This document shows positions 24,701 to 32,000 of a stretch of DNA of 32,000 nucleotides, in pieces (the first letter of the stretch is position 1; every line of letters starts with the position of its first letter). A program made the position numbers and the translations under genes. The stretch comes from Pirellula staleyi DSM 6068 (lineage in GTDB: Bacteria; Planctomycetota; Planctomycetia; Pirellulales; Pirellulaceae). The stretch covers positions 2,130,001 through 2,162,000 of the forward strand of contig CP001848.1 in the NCBI GenBank assembly GCA_000025185.1, read 5' to 3'. Below the pieces are notes generated by a model that saw nothing but the letters and a program-made list of their open reading frames with translations, ran no database searches and had not been told where the DNA came from.

Positions 24701-24794
24701 TCGAGGGTTCGGATTGGCCTTGCGAGGTCGCCAAGAATAGTAGGGTTAGGGATGTAGCAGCAACGAGCAGGGGGTTGAGGTGGCGGGGGAGCAT
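21750..24794 (-). CDS. PVC-type membrane-bound-dehydrogenase domain / HEAT-repeat / heme-binding CxxCH protein
   Basis: Signal peptide. N-terminal beta-propeller-like dehydrogenase domain (DPFALSLVAAEPLVYDPVA, DGDGVADE). Long helical repeat region. C-terminal GREVYKRVCAACHKVENDGFEIGPNL...KSLMPEGL cytochrome c module. Confidence 0.9.
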   Translation of the reverse strand: MLPRHLNPLLVAATSLTLLFLATSQGQSEPSKATNSSSQAAPTGTRLPTDDLQQKLPRIPPREPAEALKTFAVADPFALSLVAAEPLVYDPVAAHIDASGDLYVAEMRGYSEHQEDHLGSVARLRDTDGDGTYDQRLVVADRLRWPTALFCTTHGVLVADAPDLLLLIDNNGDGVADERKLIATGFGTSNVQGLVNSLLWGIDGQIHGATSSSGAKLTQPMFPDQPPLLLSGRDFAINPLTWKITATSGGGQHGKSTSDWGDWFVCSNSDHLQLITTCDQYLAQNQQMRALTRAPIAADGPQADVYRTSPVEPWRIIRTEWRVQGVVKGIVEGGGRASGYFTSATGVTIYRGSAWSKQNCGEVFVADVGSNLIHRKRLDDTQGTYTGYRIDDKTEIVTSTDNWFRPVQFVAAPDGSLLVLDMYRETIEHPSSIPLELKRHLDLTSGNNRGRIYRLAPKAAQPAKFQPLHQLETAALVKLLAHQDGWHRDTAARLLRQQQASAAPPQLRELIRATKSPAAKVQAAHLLACAGELDAATVATLLGDSHPRVVQNGVQLSEPLLADHPEIEQALLALGRQPNLSPWVVRQIAFSLGSSTSNERYELLATLAHQISEVAGLLTALQSAVPQGAGPLLEAITRKEHRDHVPPSLRRNLLAQINAQQRNEDLAILRSLAAKLSQSEAISDHLMLVKIIAELALPAGDPLRIALREATAGKSDTLMAQAIKRSLADVAQTDLPLAQRLEALAIARQASAEQLSATLEALLHPSTPPALQVAAIEVAKQSTDRALIEIVLAHLSSLAPQPHAAAIEALASRPAWAALLLEQVANGKLPLTEVPLERLALWTKDKHQPLAQLASNLAEKLSKSSRAEVVATYEKSLALAGDAARGREVYKRVCAACHKVENDGFEIGPNLAAMKARGASAIVLAVMDPSREVNPQFLSYVALTTDGRTATGMLASENATSITLRRAQNQSDSLLRSEIDQLRSTGKSLMPEGLERDLTEQNLADLIAFIMSLP

Positions 24795-25048
24795 CGGTGC
24801 GATGTCCTACGTTCACGAGGGTGGGCAAGCACGGGTGGCAGGAGCTCGAGAGGATTCGTGCCTATGATCAGCCCTTCGCCAAGCGATTGCAACTTGTTTT
24901 CGGGCAAGTCACTTAGCAATATCGCTTCGGTGGAAAAATTGCTGCACGAGCCGGCTTTTCGGGACACCAAAAATCAGTGCGAATTCCGCTAGTTTCATGC
25001 GACTGGCCGAGACTTTGAGTGACACTTTCAACGCCCGGAGTGACCCTG

Positions 25049-25615
25049 ATGCATCCCTATCTGAAGCTGGAGCGATCGACGCGGCAGGAACTGGAAAAGG
25101 CGATCGATCGCTATGTGGAAATCGTGTCGCAAGGGTGTGCGTTCGACGATGAGACGATCGAATCGCGGATGCGAGAGCAGGGGTTTCGTAGCGGCCTGGT
25201 CCGGCAGGTGATTCGGTTTGTGCCGATCGCTTTTGGTCGCCGGATGTCGCTGGATCTGCCCGTTCGGTTTTCGAAGAAGTATCGTCAGTACGACGAATTT
25301 CGGCGGGAAGAGACGATCCACGAATTGTCGGAGTGCGAATGCTTTTGCGTCGCCTTCGAGATCTCCGAACGCTATTTCGAGAACGAAAAATCGTGGCTCG
25401 TGGCCCGCTCGATTGGGCGGAACAGCTCGGAGTATCAGTTCGTGAGGCTGAAAATGGTCGAGCAGCTGGCGGTCGAAAAGCTCGAGCGGATCGATGTGCC
25501 ACCGGCCGTGGTGCACGTCGGCAAACCGTCGTTGCTCCCGCCTTACCCGGCGCTACTGCGGTTCGAACAGCAGTGCCACGACTGGCTCTCGAAGTGGAGC
25601 GACGACGCTCCATAG
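25049..25615 (+). CDS. Hypothetical protein (188 aa from ATG 25049; track start 25019)
   Basis: Balanced composition and GC3-rich codons, unlike the R/S/P-rich antisense ORF 24909..25631. No family recognised. Confidence 0.6.
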   Translation: MHPYLKLERSTRQELEKAIDRYVEIVSQGCAFDDETIESRMREQGFRSGLVRQVIRFVPIAFGRRMSLDLPVRFSKKYRQYDEFRREETIHELSECECFCVAFEISERYFENEKSWLVARSIGRNSSEYQFVRLKMVEQLAVEKLERIDVPPAVVHVGKPSLLPPYPALLRFEQQCHDWLSKWSDDAP

Positions 25616-25975
25616 CGTCTGGCATCTTCACAACTTGTTTTTGAGACAGTCCTTAGGGATATTCTGGCCCACCAGCCGCTTTCCCTTGATGAGCGGCTTA
25701 CCGCGTCGCATTCGCGTTCCGCGAGAGCCTTGGCGAGTAAAGGCTACTAATTGTCTGTTGTTTTGTGGCTTTTCTCGAGGTGGGCGATCGTTCCGTGATG
25801 CCAGCAGGGCATTGCTACAGTCGTGCCTGTAGAATGTGCGCAAGTGCTTTATTATCAGTGACTTGCGAGATGGTGTTTGTGCTCGAAAACTTCAGCTGGT
25901 GGCGTTTATCTGCTGCAGCAGTTCAGCCGGCGGGCGATGGGGGCGAAACGTTCGGGGCTCCTGGGGCTCGGTGCC

Positions 25976-26003
25976 TTGACAGCGAGGGGTACAACGGTTT
26001 ACT
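25976..26003 (+). promoter_or_regulatory. Sigma70-like promoter candidate upstream of rpmF
   Basis: TTGACA (25976-25981), 16-nt spacer, TTTACT (25998-26003), about 115 nt before the rpmF ATG. Confidence 0.3.
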
Positions 26004-26119
26004 CTTTCCTGCTTCCCTCTGGTCCGTCGCGACTGGCTGGTCGCGCATGAACATTGCCGACAAGCTGTCCCTGGGCCAGAAGTTTTGCCCGACCAAGTTT
26101 TGATGTGTGAGAGACTGTC

Positions 26120-26305
26120 ATGGCCGTTCCAAAGCGACGCCACTCGAACTCGCGTTCACGCAAACGTCGAAGTCACGATGCGAAAAAGCCTCGTCAACTC
26201 GCGTTCTGCCCCAAATGCAGCACCGCCGTTCCGCAGCATGTGATTTGCCCTAACTGTGGCTATTACATGGGTCGCGTGATGGTGGAGAGCGAAGAAACAG
26301 CGTAA
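26120..26305 (+). CDS. rpmF: 50S ribosomal protein L32
   Basis: MAVPKRRHSNSRSRKRRSH...CPKCSTAVPQHVICPNCGYY, i.e. the canonical L32 N-terminus plus a CxxC..CxxC ribbon. Confidence 0.95.
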   Translation: MAVPKRRHSNSRSRKRRSHDAKKPRQLAFCPKCSTAVPQHVICPNCGYYMGRVMVESEETA

Positions 26306-26311
26306 GTCGGG

Positions 26312-27232
26312 GTGACTGGCTTGTCGAAGATTGCTTTTCTGTTCCCCGGACAAGGGGCGCAAACAGTGGGGATGGGTCGGCTGCTAGTCGACGCTTCCGC
26401 TGCTGCGCGAGACCTGTATGCCCGCGCGGCCAGCGTGCTGGGCTACGATCTCCTCGCCCTCTGCCTCGAAGGACCTGCTGAGAAGCTCGATTCGACGGTC
26501 TACAGCCAACCCGCTCTGTTTGTTACCAGCCTCGCCGCTGTCGAAGTGCTTCGCGAGCGCTCGCCCGATGTGGTGAGTGGTTGTGCTGCTGCTGCTGGCC
26601 TGAGCCTGGGTGAATACACAGCCCTGGTGTTCGCCGGTGCGATGAGTTTCGACGATGGCCTGAAGCTGGTTCAGCTTCGTGGAAGTGCCATGCAGGCTGC
26701 TGCCGATGCCGTTTCGAGTGGCATGGTGAGCATCCTGGGGATGGATCGCGAAAAGATCGACAAGCTTTGCGAAGATGCCCGTGCCGAAGGGGAAGTGCTG
26801 CAAGTGGCCAACTTGCTCTGCCCTGGAAATATCGTGGTGTCGGGTCACAAATCGGCCTGTGCTCGCGTGGCTGAAATGGCAACTGCCGCCGGAGCGATGA
26901 AAACGATTCCGCTGTCGGTAGCTGGCGCGTTTCACACCCCGCTGATGCAACCCGCGGTGGCCCAGCTCCGAGAAGCACTCGCCAGTGTCGCCATCACGTC
27001 GCCACGCATTCCTGTGGTTTCGAATGTCGATGCTGGTGTGCATAGCGACCCGAATGAACTTCGCGATCTGCTGGTGCAGCAGGTCGTTTCGCCAGTTCGC
27101 TGGGAAGACTCGCAGCGCTGGTTGCTCGCCGAAGGTTATGCACCGTTTTGGGAAGTGGGACCGGGCCGCGTTTTGCGTGGTCTGCTCAAGCGGATCGATC
27201 GCAAAGCCGAGTCCGATGGGGTCGACTGCTAA
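26312..27232 (+). CDS. fabD: Malonyl-CoA:ACP transacylase
   Basis: IAFLFPGQGAQTVGMG, GLSLGEYTALVFAG (Ser nucleophile; Leu where E. coli has His), VAGAFHTPLM, VRWEDS. GTG start at 26312. Confidence 0.92.
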   Translation: MTGLSKIAFLFPGQGAQTVGMGRLLVDASAAARDLYARAASVLGYDLLALCLEGPAEKLDSTVYSQPALFVTSLAAVEVLRERSPDVVSGCAAAAGLSLGEYTALVFAGAMSFDDGLKLVQLRGSAMQAAADAVSSGMVSILGMDREKIDKLCEDARAEGEVLQVANLLCPGNIVVSGHKSACARVAEMATAAGAMKTIPLSVAGAFHTPLMQPAVAQLREALASVAITSPRIPVVSNVDAGVHSDPNELRDLLVQQVVSPVRWEDSQRWLLAEGYAPFWEVGPGRVLRGLLKRIDRKAESDGVDC

Positions 27233-27331
27233 TAAGTACTAAGTAGCATTCCCCGCTCGACTTGCGACGCTCCCAACACTTTAAGTTTCGTACTGACTCT
27301 GACACGCTGATTTTGACACGGAAATAGTTCG

Positions 27332-28102
27332 ATGGCCGATAATCCTTACAACAGCTTGAAAGTCGACCTGACCGGCCAAACGGCTGTTGTCACCGGCGCT
27401 TCGCAAGGTCTCGGCCGTACGATCGCCCTCGCCCTCGGTGCCAGTGGTGCCAAGGTGGCCTGCATCGCTCGCAACGCTGAAAAGCTTGCTGAAGTCGTGG
27501 CCGCCATCACCGCTGCTGGTGGCCAAGCCGAAGCCTTCCCAGCCGACGTTCGCGAAACCGCTGTCGTCGATGCTCTGATGGATGGCATCGCCGAAAAATG
27601 GGGCAAGATCGACATCCTGGTGAACAACGCCGGTATCACCCGCGACACGCTGCTGCCTCGCATGGAAGATGCCCAGTGGGACGATGTCATCAGCACTAAC
27701 CTGCGTGGTCCGTTCCTGTTTGCTCGTGCCGCCTCGCGCCACATGATGCGTGCCCGCTATGGCCGTATCATCAACATGTCGAGCGTGTCGGGCATCATGG
27801 GCAACGCTGGCCAAACCAACTACTCGGCCTCGAAGGCTGGCTTGATTGGCTTCACCCGGAGCCTCAGCCGCGAACTCGCTGGTCGCAAAGTCACGATCAA
27901 CGCCATCTGCCCTGGATTCATCGAAAGCGAGATGACCAAGGTGCTGGGTGATTCGATCCTCGACGAAGTGAAGAAACGGATCCCTGCCAAACGTGTGGGC
28001 TTGCCTGAAGACGTGGCCGCTTGCGTCTTGTTTTTGGCGAGCCCTGCAGCGTCGTATGTCACTGGTCAGGTCCTCACCGTCGATGGTGGTATGACCGGCT
28101 AG
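27332..28102 (+). CDS. fabG: 3-oxoacyl-ACP reductase
   Basis: [63 protein letters not shown]. Confidence 0.92.
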   Translation: MADNPYNSLKVDLTGQTAVVTGASQGLGRTIALALGASGAKVACIARNAEKLAEVVAAITAAGGQAEAFPADVRETAVVDALMDGIAEKWGKIDILVNNAGITRDTLLPRMEDAQWDDVISTNLRGPFLFARAASRHMMRARYGRIINMSSVSGIMGNAGQTNYSASKAGLIGFTRSLSRELAGRKVTINAICPGFIESEMTKVLGDSILDEVKKRIPAKRVGLPEDVAACVLFLASPAASYVTGQVLTVDGGMTG

Positions 28103-28124
28103 TCGCTTGGCCCACTGTTTTGGC

Positions 28125-28152
28125 TTGAAATGCCTCCTCGAAATCTTACAAT
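28125..28152 (+). promoter_or_regulatory. Sigma70-like promoter candidate for rpsR
   Basis: TTGAAA (28125-28130), 16-nt spacer, TACAAT (28147-28152), about 150 nt upstream of ATG 28301. Confidence 0.35.
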
Positions 28153-28300
28153 CGAAGGTTTCCTGGCGGCGAAAACTGTCCCCCACATTGTTTGCCCTAC
28201 GAATTGGTTTAAGTCGATATAACTACAAGCAGCCACAGAAAAAGCTGCGAGTAGCGTTCACCTACTAGGTCGCCCCCCGTGGGCGAGATGAGAGATTGCC

Positions 28301-28588
28301 ATGAGCTTCGGACGTCCCGCCTTCAACTCGAAAACCGCCAAGCCCCGCAAACGCCCTAAGGCTCGCGTGAAGACGAAGAAGAAGGATCCCATCTTCGTTA
28401 ATGGTGAACGTCCACGTCCGATGTTCGTCGATTACAAGGATCTTGAGCTCCTGAAGAAGCTCATCAACCGTCACGGCAAGATCGTCAACCGTCGCAAGAC
28501 CGGTTGCACCGCTGTGAGCCAGCACGCTGTGTCGCTCGCCATCAAGCGAGCCCGCTTCATGGCGCTGCTCCCTTACGTCGGCGAATAG
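28301..28588 (+). CDS. rpsR: 30S ribosomal protein S18 with a basic N-terminal extension
   Basis: [52 protein letters not shown] is the canonical S18 core. About 40 Lys/Arg/Pro-rich residues precede it. Confidence 0.93.
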   Translation: MSFGRPAFNSKTAKPRKRPKARVKTKKKDPIFVNGERPRPMFVDYKDLELLKKLINRHGKIVNRRKTGCTAVSQHAVSLAIKRARFMALLPYVGE

Positions 28589-28611
28589 CATTTCGCTCGC
28601 TCGTGCTGTAA

Positions 28612-28636
28612 CCGCTGCTGGCTCGACCAGCAGTGG
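28612..28636 (+). terminator. Stem-loop after rpsR
   Basis: CCGCTGCTGG-ctcga-CCAGCAGTGG (9/10 paired), 24 nt after the stop. A second stem GCCAAGC-11 nt-GCTTGGC is at 28644-28668. No clear U-tract. Confidence 0.35.
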
Positions 28637-28797
28637 CTCGCGCGCCAAGCCAACCTATTTTGCTTGGCCTCTTTGCGCCCGCTCTCTTGGCCGGCGCTAC
28701 CTGTTCGCATGGCAATGCCTCTGTTGTGCTTTGCCGATGCCGGTCTTCAGCCGCTGCCCCGGTGCAATCCGCACACGATCGGGCTAAACTCGCACAG

Positions 28798-29229
28798 ATG
28801 AGCACACCCCTGCGAGTGGAACGTCGTGTCGAGTTCTGCGACACCGATGCTGCCGGAATCATGCACTTCTCGGCCTACTTCCGTTTCATGGAACAAGCCG
28901 AGCACGAACTGCTCCGCGCTTGCGGACTCTCGGTCATGTCGCGAGACGAAGAAGGCAAAATCAGCTGGCCACGGGTCGCCGCCAAGTGCAACTACTCGGC
29001 CGCCGCCAAGTTCGAAGATACCTTGTCGATCGATGTTTCGATCATACGCATCGGCGAGAAGAGCCTCACCTATCGCTTTCTCTTCTTCGCGGCTGGTCGA
29101 CCACTCGCCGAAGGGGAAATGACCAGCGTTTGCTGTCGCATCGTCGAGGACCAACCTCCCCGCTCGATTCCCATTCCCACTTGGTTCGCCGAGAAGCTTC
29201 GCCCCTTCCTTGTCCCACCAGCGACCTAA
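28798..29229 (+). CDS. Hotdog-fold acyl-CoA thioesterase (YbgC/4HBT family)
   Basis: Trimmed to ATG 28798: MSTPLRVERRVEFCDTDAAGIMHFSAYFRFMEQAEHELLRACGL (catalytic Asp region), 143 aa. The track's upstream extension is low-complexity. Confidence 0.8.
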   Translation: MSTPLRVERRVEFCDTDAAGIMHFSAYFRFMEQAEHELLRACGLSVMSRDEEGKISWPRVAAKCNYSAAAKFEDTLSIDVSIIRIGEKSLTYRFLFFAAGRPLAEGEMTSVCCRIVEDQPPRSIPIPTWFAEKLRPFLVPPAT

Positions 29230-29278
29230 CTTTCATTCCCTTCTTTACCACACCTCGCCTCCAGCCAGTTCCCGCCCC

Positions 29279-30202
29279 ATGCCCTCCTATCTCGAAGCCC
29301 TGACTCTTCGCCTGGCCCATGGCGTCGCTGCGCTTCCGGAGGGGTTTCGTCAGCGTCAGATCGAGTTTCTCGATCGCTCGCATCGCAGCGACGGCGGCTT
29401 TGGTGGACGGATGGGAGGTAGCGACCTCTATTACACCGGATTCGCTTGCCGCAGCATGAGTTTGCTCGGCCATCTTTATGGACCACCGGCCGAGCGTGTC
29501 GAGGCGTTTCTGAAGACAAAACTTGGCGGACAAGAGTCGATTGTCGACGCCCTGTCGCTGGTCTATAGCGGACAACTGCTGGCGATGTCGGCGGGCATCG
29601 ATCTCTACAAATCCGCGCAGCCGAATTGGCGACAAGCGACAGCCGAACTGCTCGAGTCGCTCCGCCGCGAAGATGGTGGCTACGCAAAAGGACCTGAAGG
29701 AACGGCCAGCAGCACCTACCACACCTTCCTGGTGCTGCTCTGCCTCGAGCTACTGGAGATTCCGCCTCGCGATCCGACGCGTATCGTCGAATTCATTCGC
29801 TCTCAGGCCGATCCCGAAGGTGGTTTTCACGAGATCAAAGCGAGTAAACGAGCTGGTGTGAATCCAACGGCTGCGGCGATTGGTGCCCTGCAAATCCTCG
29901 GCGCACTCACCCCGGACCTGGCGGAACCGACCATCGACTATCTGCTCGAAATGCAAACCGACGAGGGTGGCTTTCGCGCGAATACACGCATCCCGATCGC
30001 CGATTTGCTCAGCACTTTCACAACCCTGCTCACGCTGCAAGATCTCGGTGGCGCAAACGCCGTCGACACACGCGCCGTGCAGTCGTTCGCGCTCAGTCTG
30101 GCTCACGATGAAGGTGGCTTCAGTGGCGCCCACTGGGACACCGGCTCCGACGTGGAATATAGTTTCTATGGTCTTGGTTGCCTCGCACTCCTGGCAAAGT
30201 AG
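29279..30202 (+). CDS. Prenyltransferase / squalene-oxidase-repeat (alpha-alpha toroid) protein
   Basis: Trimmed to ATG 29279. Five spaced repeats of the D/E-GGF/Y motif (SDGGFGG, EDGGYAK, PEGGFHE, DEGGFRA, DEGGFSG), characteristic of terpenoid-cyclase/prenyltransferase beta-subunit toroids. Confidence 0.75.
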   Translation: MPSYLEALTLRLAHGVAALPEGFRQRQIEFLDRSHRSDGGFGGRMGGSDLYYTGFACRSMSLLGHLYGPPAERVEAFLKTKLGGQESIVDALSLVYSGQLLAMSAGIDLYKSAQPNWRQATAELLESLRREDGGYAKGPEGTASSTYHTFLVLLCLELLEIPPRDPTRIVEFIRSQADPEGGFHEIKASKRAGVNPTAAAIGALQILGALTPDLAEPTIDYLLEMQTDEGGFRANTRIPIADLLSTFTTLLTLQDLGGANAVDTRAVQSFALSLAHDEGGFSGAHWDTGSDVEYSFYGLGCLALLAK

Positions 30203-30244
30203 CGCACCAGCGCGCGACATCTCCCTACGAAAGTACCGCGCAAC

Positions 30245-30922
30245 ATGGCTAAGCTTGTGGCGACGCATCTGAGCAAATCGTTTCCGACACGCAGCGAGCC
30301 GCTGGTGGTGCTCCGCGATGTCTCACTCGAGATTCGCTCGGGAGAAAGTGCCGCGATCATCGGCCCCAGTGGCAGCGGCAAGAGCACACTCTTGCATCTC
30401 ATCGGCGGGCTCGATGCACCCACCAGTGGCACGATTGATCTTGATGGTGAAAATCCCCACACATTGGCTCCCGATAAACTGGCCCACTTCCGCAATCATA
30501 ATGTCGGCTTCGTGTTTCAAGATCATCATTTGCTCCCGCAGCTGACGGTCCTTGAAAACGTACTTATCCCCGCCATGGCCGAAACCGCGCCGACACCTGC
30601 CATGATCGAGCGCGCGCGACAGCTCCTCACGCGCGTGGGACTCGCCGCGCGACTCGATCATCGCCCCGCAGAACTCTCGGGTGGCGAGCGGCAGCGCTGC
30701 GGCATTGCTCGCGCTCTACTGATGAAGCCCAAACTGCTGCTGGCCGATGAACCGACAGGCAATCTCGACCAGAAAACAGCCACCGAAGTGGCCCAGCTCT
30801 TGGGCGAGATTCATACGCAAGAGAATGCCATTTTGCTCATCGTGACGCACAGTAAAGAACTCGCCGCGATTGCCCAAAAACGTTACGAGATGAACAGCGG
30901 ACTACTCGAGCCGCGCAGCTAA
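30245..30922 (+). CDS. ABC transporter ATP-binding protein (LolD/MacB-type)
   Basis: Walker A GPSGSGKSTLL, Q-loop, signature LSGGERQRCGIARAL, Walker B LLLADEPTGNLD, H-loop VTHS. Confidence 0.92.
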   Translation: MAKLVATHLSKSFPTRSEPLVVLRDVSLEIRSGESAAIIGPSGSGKSTLLHLIGGLDAPTSGTIDLDGENPHTLAPDKLAHFRNHNVGFVFQDHHLLPQLTVLENVLIPAMAETAPTPAMIERARQLLTRVGLAARLDHRPAELSGGERQRCGIARALLMKPKLLLADEPTGNLDQKTATEVAQLLGEIHTQENAILLIVTHSKELAAIAQKRYEMNSGLLEPRS

Positions 30923-30995
30923 TGCGTGTCGACCGCAGCGCCCCCGGCGGCTCGCACCTCCTGAAATGCTCTGACCAGCAGAATGAGTAACTAGC

Positions 30996-32000
30996 ATGTC
31001 GTTCTGGAAACTAGTCCTGCAGAGTCTTCGCTTTCATATCCGGCCGCAATCGGCCGTCGCACTCGGCGTAGCAGCAGCGGCTGCGGTTCTTGTCGGCGCA
31101 CTTCTGGTGGGAGATAGCGTGCGCGGAACGCTGCGCCATCTGACCCTCGATCGCCTCGGCAAGATCGACGAACTGCTCATCAGCGACTTCTTTTTTCGCG
31201 AAGAACTTGCCACTGAAATTCGCGAGCTACCCGTTTTCGAGTCTCACTACACGGCTGCCATTCCGGTCGTACTGCTTCCGTCAACGTCGCTCGAAAAGAA
31301 ACTCGACGATGGACGTGTCAGCCGCAGTGGTGGGGTCCTCGCGCTCGGCATCGACGAGGAGTTCTGGAGCCTTGGCAGCGCCGCGATTAAGCCGAGTAAG
31401 TCCCCGTCGGAAAACGAAATCGCCATCAACCAAACACTGGCTAGTCAGCTCGGCGCCGAGGTTGGCGACACACTTCTGCTGCGGCTTGGTAAGGTGACAG
31501 AAGTCCCCGCTGATAGTCCGCTGGGCCGGAAAGAAGATCGCATCACGACTCTCGCCGAGCTGAAGCTTGTGGCGATCATCCCCGCCGAAAGTTTGGGACG
31601 CTTTGGCCTCGAGCCTTCGCAGTTTTCACCAGCAGTGGCCTACCTTTCGCGGTCGCAGCTCGCTTCAGCCCTCGAGATGCAAGGCAAAGCGAATGCCGTA
31701 CTGATCGCTGGCCAAAACGCCGAAATTCCGCCGACGGAAGCGGTGAGCAATCAGCTGCGCGAGGCGCTGGCTCCGAAGCTCGAAGATCTGGGACTCAACC
31801 TCACGGAAGTGAAACAGCCCGATCCAACAGCCGAGGGGAAAAACGTCTTCGACTACTTTAGCCTCTCGAGCGAGCGAATGATGCTCTCGGCTGAAACCGA
31901 GCAACTCGCCACCGAAGTCTTTGCGAAGCAGAAGTCGCAAACAGTCCTCACCTATCTAGCCAACAACATCGAGAAGGTACCAAACGAAGCGACCGGCAAT
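30996..32000 (+). CDS. FtsX/MacB-type ABC permease, N-terminal 335 codons (continues past the window end)
   Basis: Not in the supplied ORF track. My hand translation from ATG 30996 is stop-free to nt 32000: MSFWKLVLQSLRFHIRPQSAVALGVAAAAAVLVGALLVGDSVRGTLRHL (typical FtsX TM1), then a large extracytoplasmic domain. Confidence 0.8.
   Translation, partial: MSFWKLVLQSLRFHIRPQSAVALGVAAAAAVLVGALLVGDSVRGTLRHLTLDRLGKIDELLISDFFFREELATEIRELPVFESHYTAAIPVVLLPSTSLEKKLDDGRVSRSGGVLALGIDEEFWSLGSAAIKPSKSPSENEIAINQTLASQLGAEVGDTLLLRLGKVTEVPADSPLGRKEDRITTLAELKLVAIIPAESLGRFGLEPSQFSPAVAYLSRSQLASALEMQGKANAVLIAGQNAEIPPTEAVSNQLREALAPKLEDLGLNLTEVKQPDPTAEGKNVFDYFSLSSERMMLSAETEQLATEVFAKQKSQTVLTYLANNIEKVPNEATGN

Noticed and set aside
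24909-25631. 240-aa minus-strand ORF whose last ~40 codons (25031..24909) read like an XRE-type helix-turn-helix (RMKLAEFALIFGVPKSRLVQQF)
   Set aside because: Most of it is R/S/P/T-rich and antisense to a better plus-strand gene. The HTH-like tail on its own is at most 41 aa (TTG 25031, GTG 25025 or ATG 24998), too short for a complete domain. It may be a decayed regulator or antitoxin remnant, but I cannot support a gene call.
25765-26103. 112-aa plus-strand ORF upstream of rpmF
   Set aside because: It is Cys/Trp-rich with rare codons and no GC3 bias over most of its length. Only the terminal 18 codons look coding, and those are reported as a finding.
26384-28186. Minus-strand ORFs of 219 aa and 301 aa
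   Set aside because: They are antisense to fabD and fabG respectively, and both sense genes have canonical motifs.
28633-29278. N-terminal extensions of the thioesterase (from 28633) and toroid (from 29210) ORFs
   Set aside because: The extensions are low-complexity, and the second overlaps the preceding gene. The conserved domains begin at the internal ATGs 28798 and 29279.
1-32000. CRISPR arrays, tRNA/rRNA genes, IS elements, integrases, prophage genes
   Set aside because: I saw no regularly spaced direct repeats, no cloverleaf-compatible T-arm or anticodon arrangements in the intergenic gaps, and no transposase or recombinase-like ORFs.

Overview
High-GC bacterial chromosomal window, probably Planctomycetota (Pirellulales-like). 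The phylum guess rests on a 1014-aa PVC-type dehydrogenase/HEAT/CxxCH heme protein, MJ0042-style zinc ribbons, prenyltransferase-like toroid proteins and a long FtsX permease. I call 30 protein genes. One of them, an FtsX permease at 30996..32000, runs off the right edge and is missing from the ORF track. I found no rRNA, tRNA, CRISPR array, transposase or integrase. Secure housekeeping calls are thiS-thiG, rpmF-fabD-fabG, rpsR, a full-length ada, an AlkD-family alkylation-repair gene, GH130, GT4 and GT2 enzymes, and a LolD/MacB-like ABC ATPase. Several long ORFs in the track are antisense or frame-shifted shadows typical of GC-rich DNA and are rejected. No canonical multi-gene defence system is visible. 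The main novelty candidates are: (1) a 1343-aa all-helical orphan protein (13304..17335) divergently paired with a small membrane-anchored protein; (2) a stand-alone zinc-ribbon + HsdR-N-type PD-(D/E)xK nuclease in an AT-richer patch, next to an alkylation-repair pair that brackets a DUF1851/Tdi1-like immunity-type gene; (3) a membrane GT2 overlapping a ceramidase-like gene; (4) a thioesterase, prenyltransferase-like toroid, ABC ATPase and FtsX permease run. All family assignments come from motif recognition by eye; no searches were run. Three AT-richer patches (about 4.6-5.6 kb, 8.4-9.2 kb, 20.0-20.7 kb) carry the accessory-looking genes.
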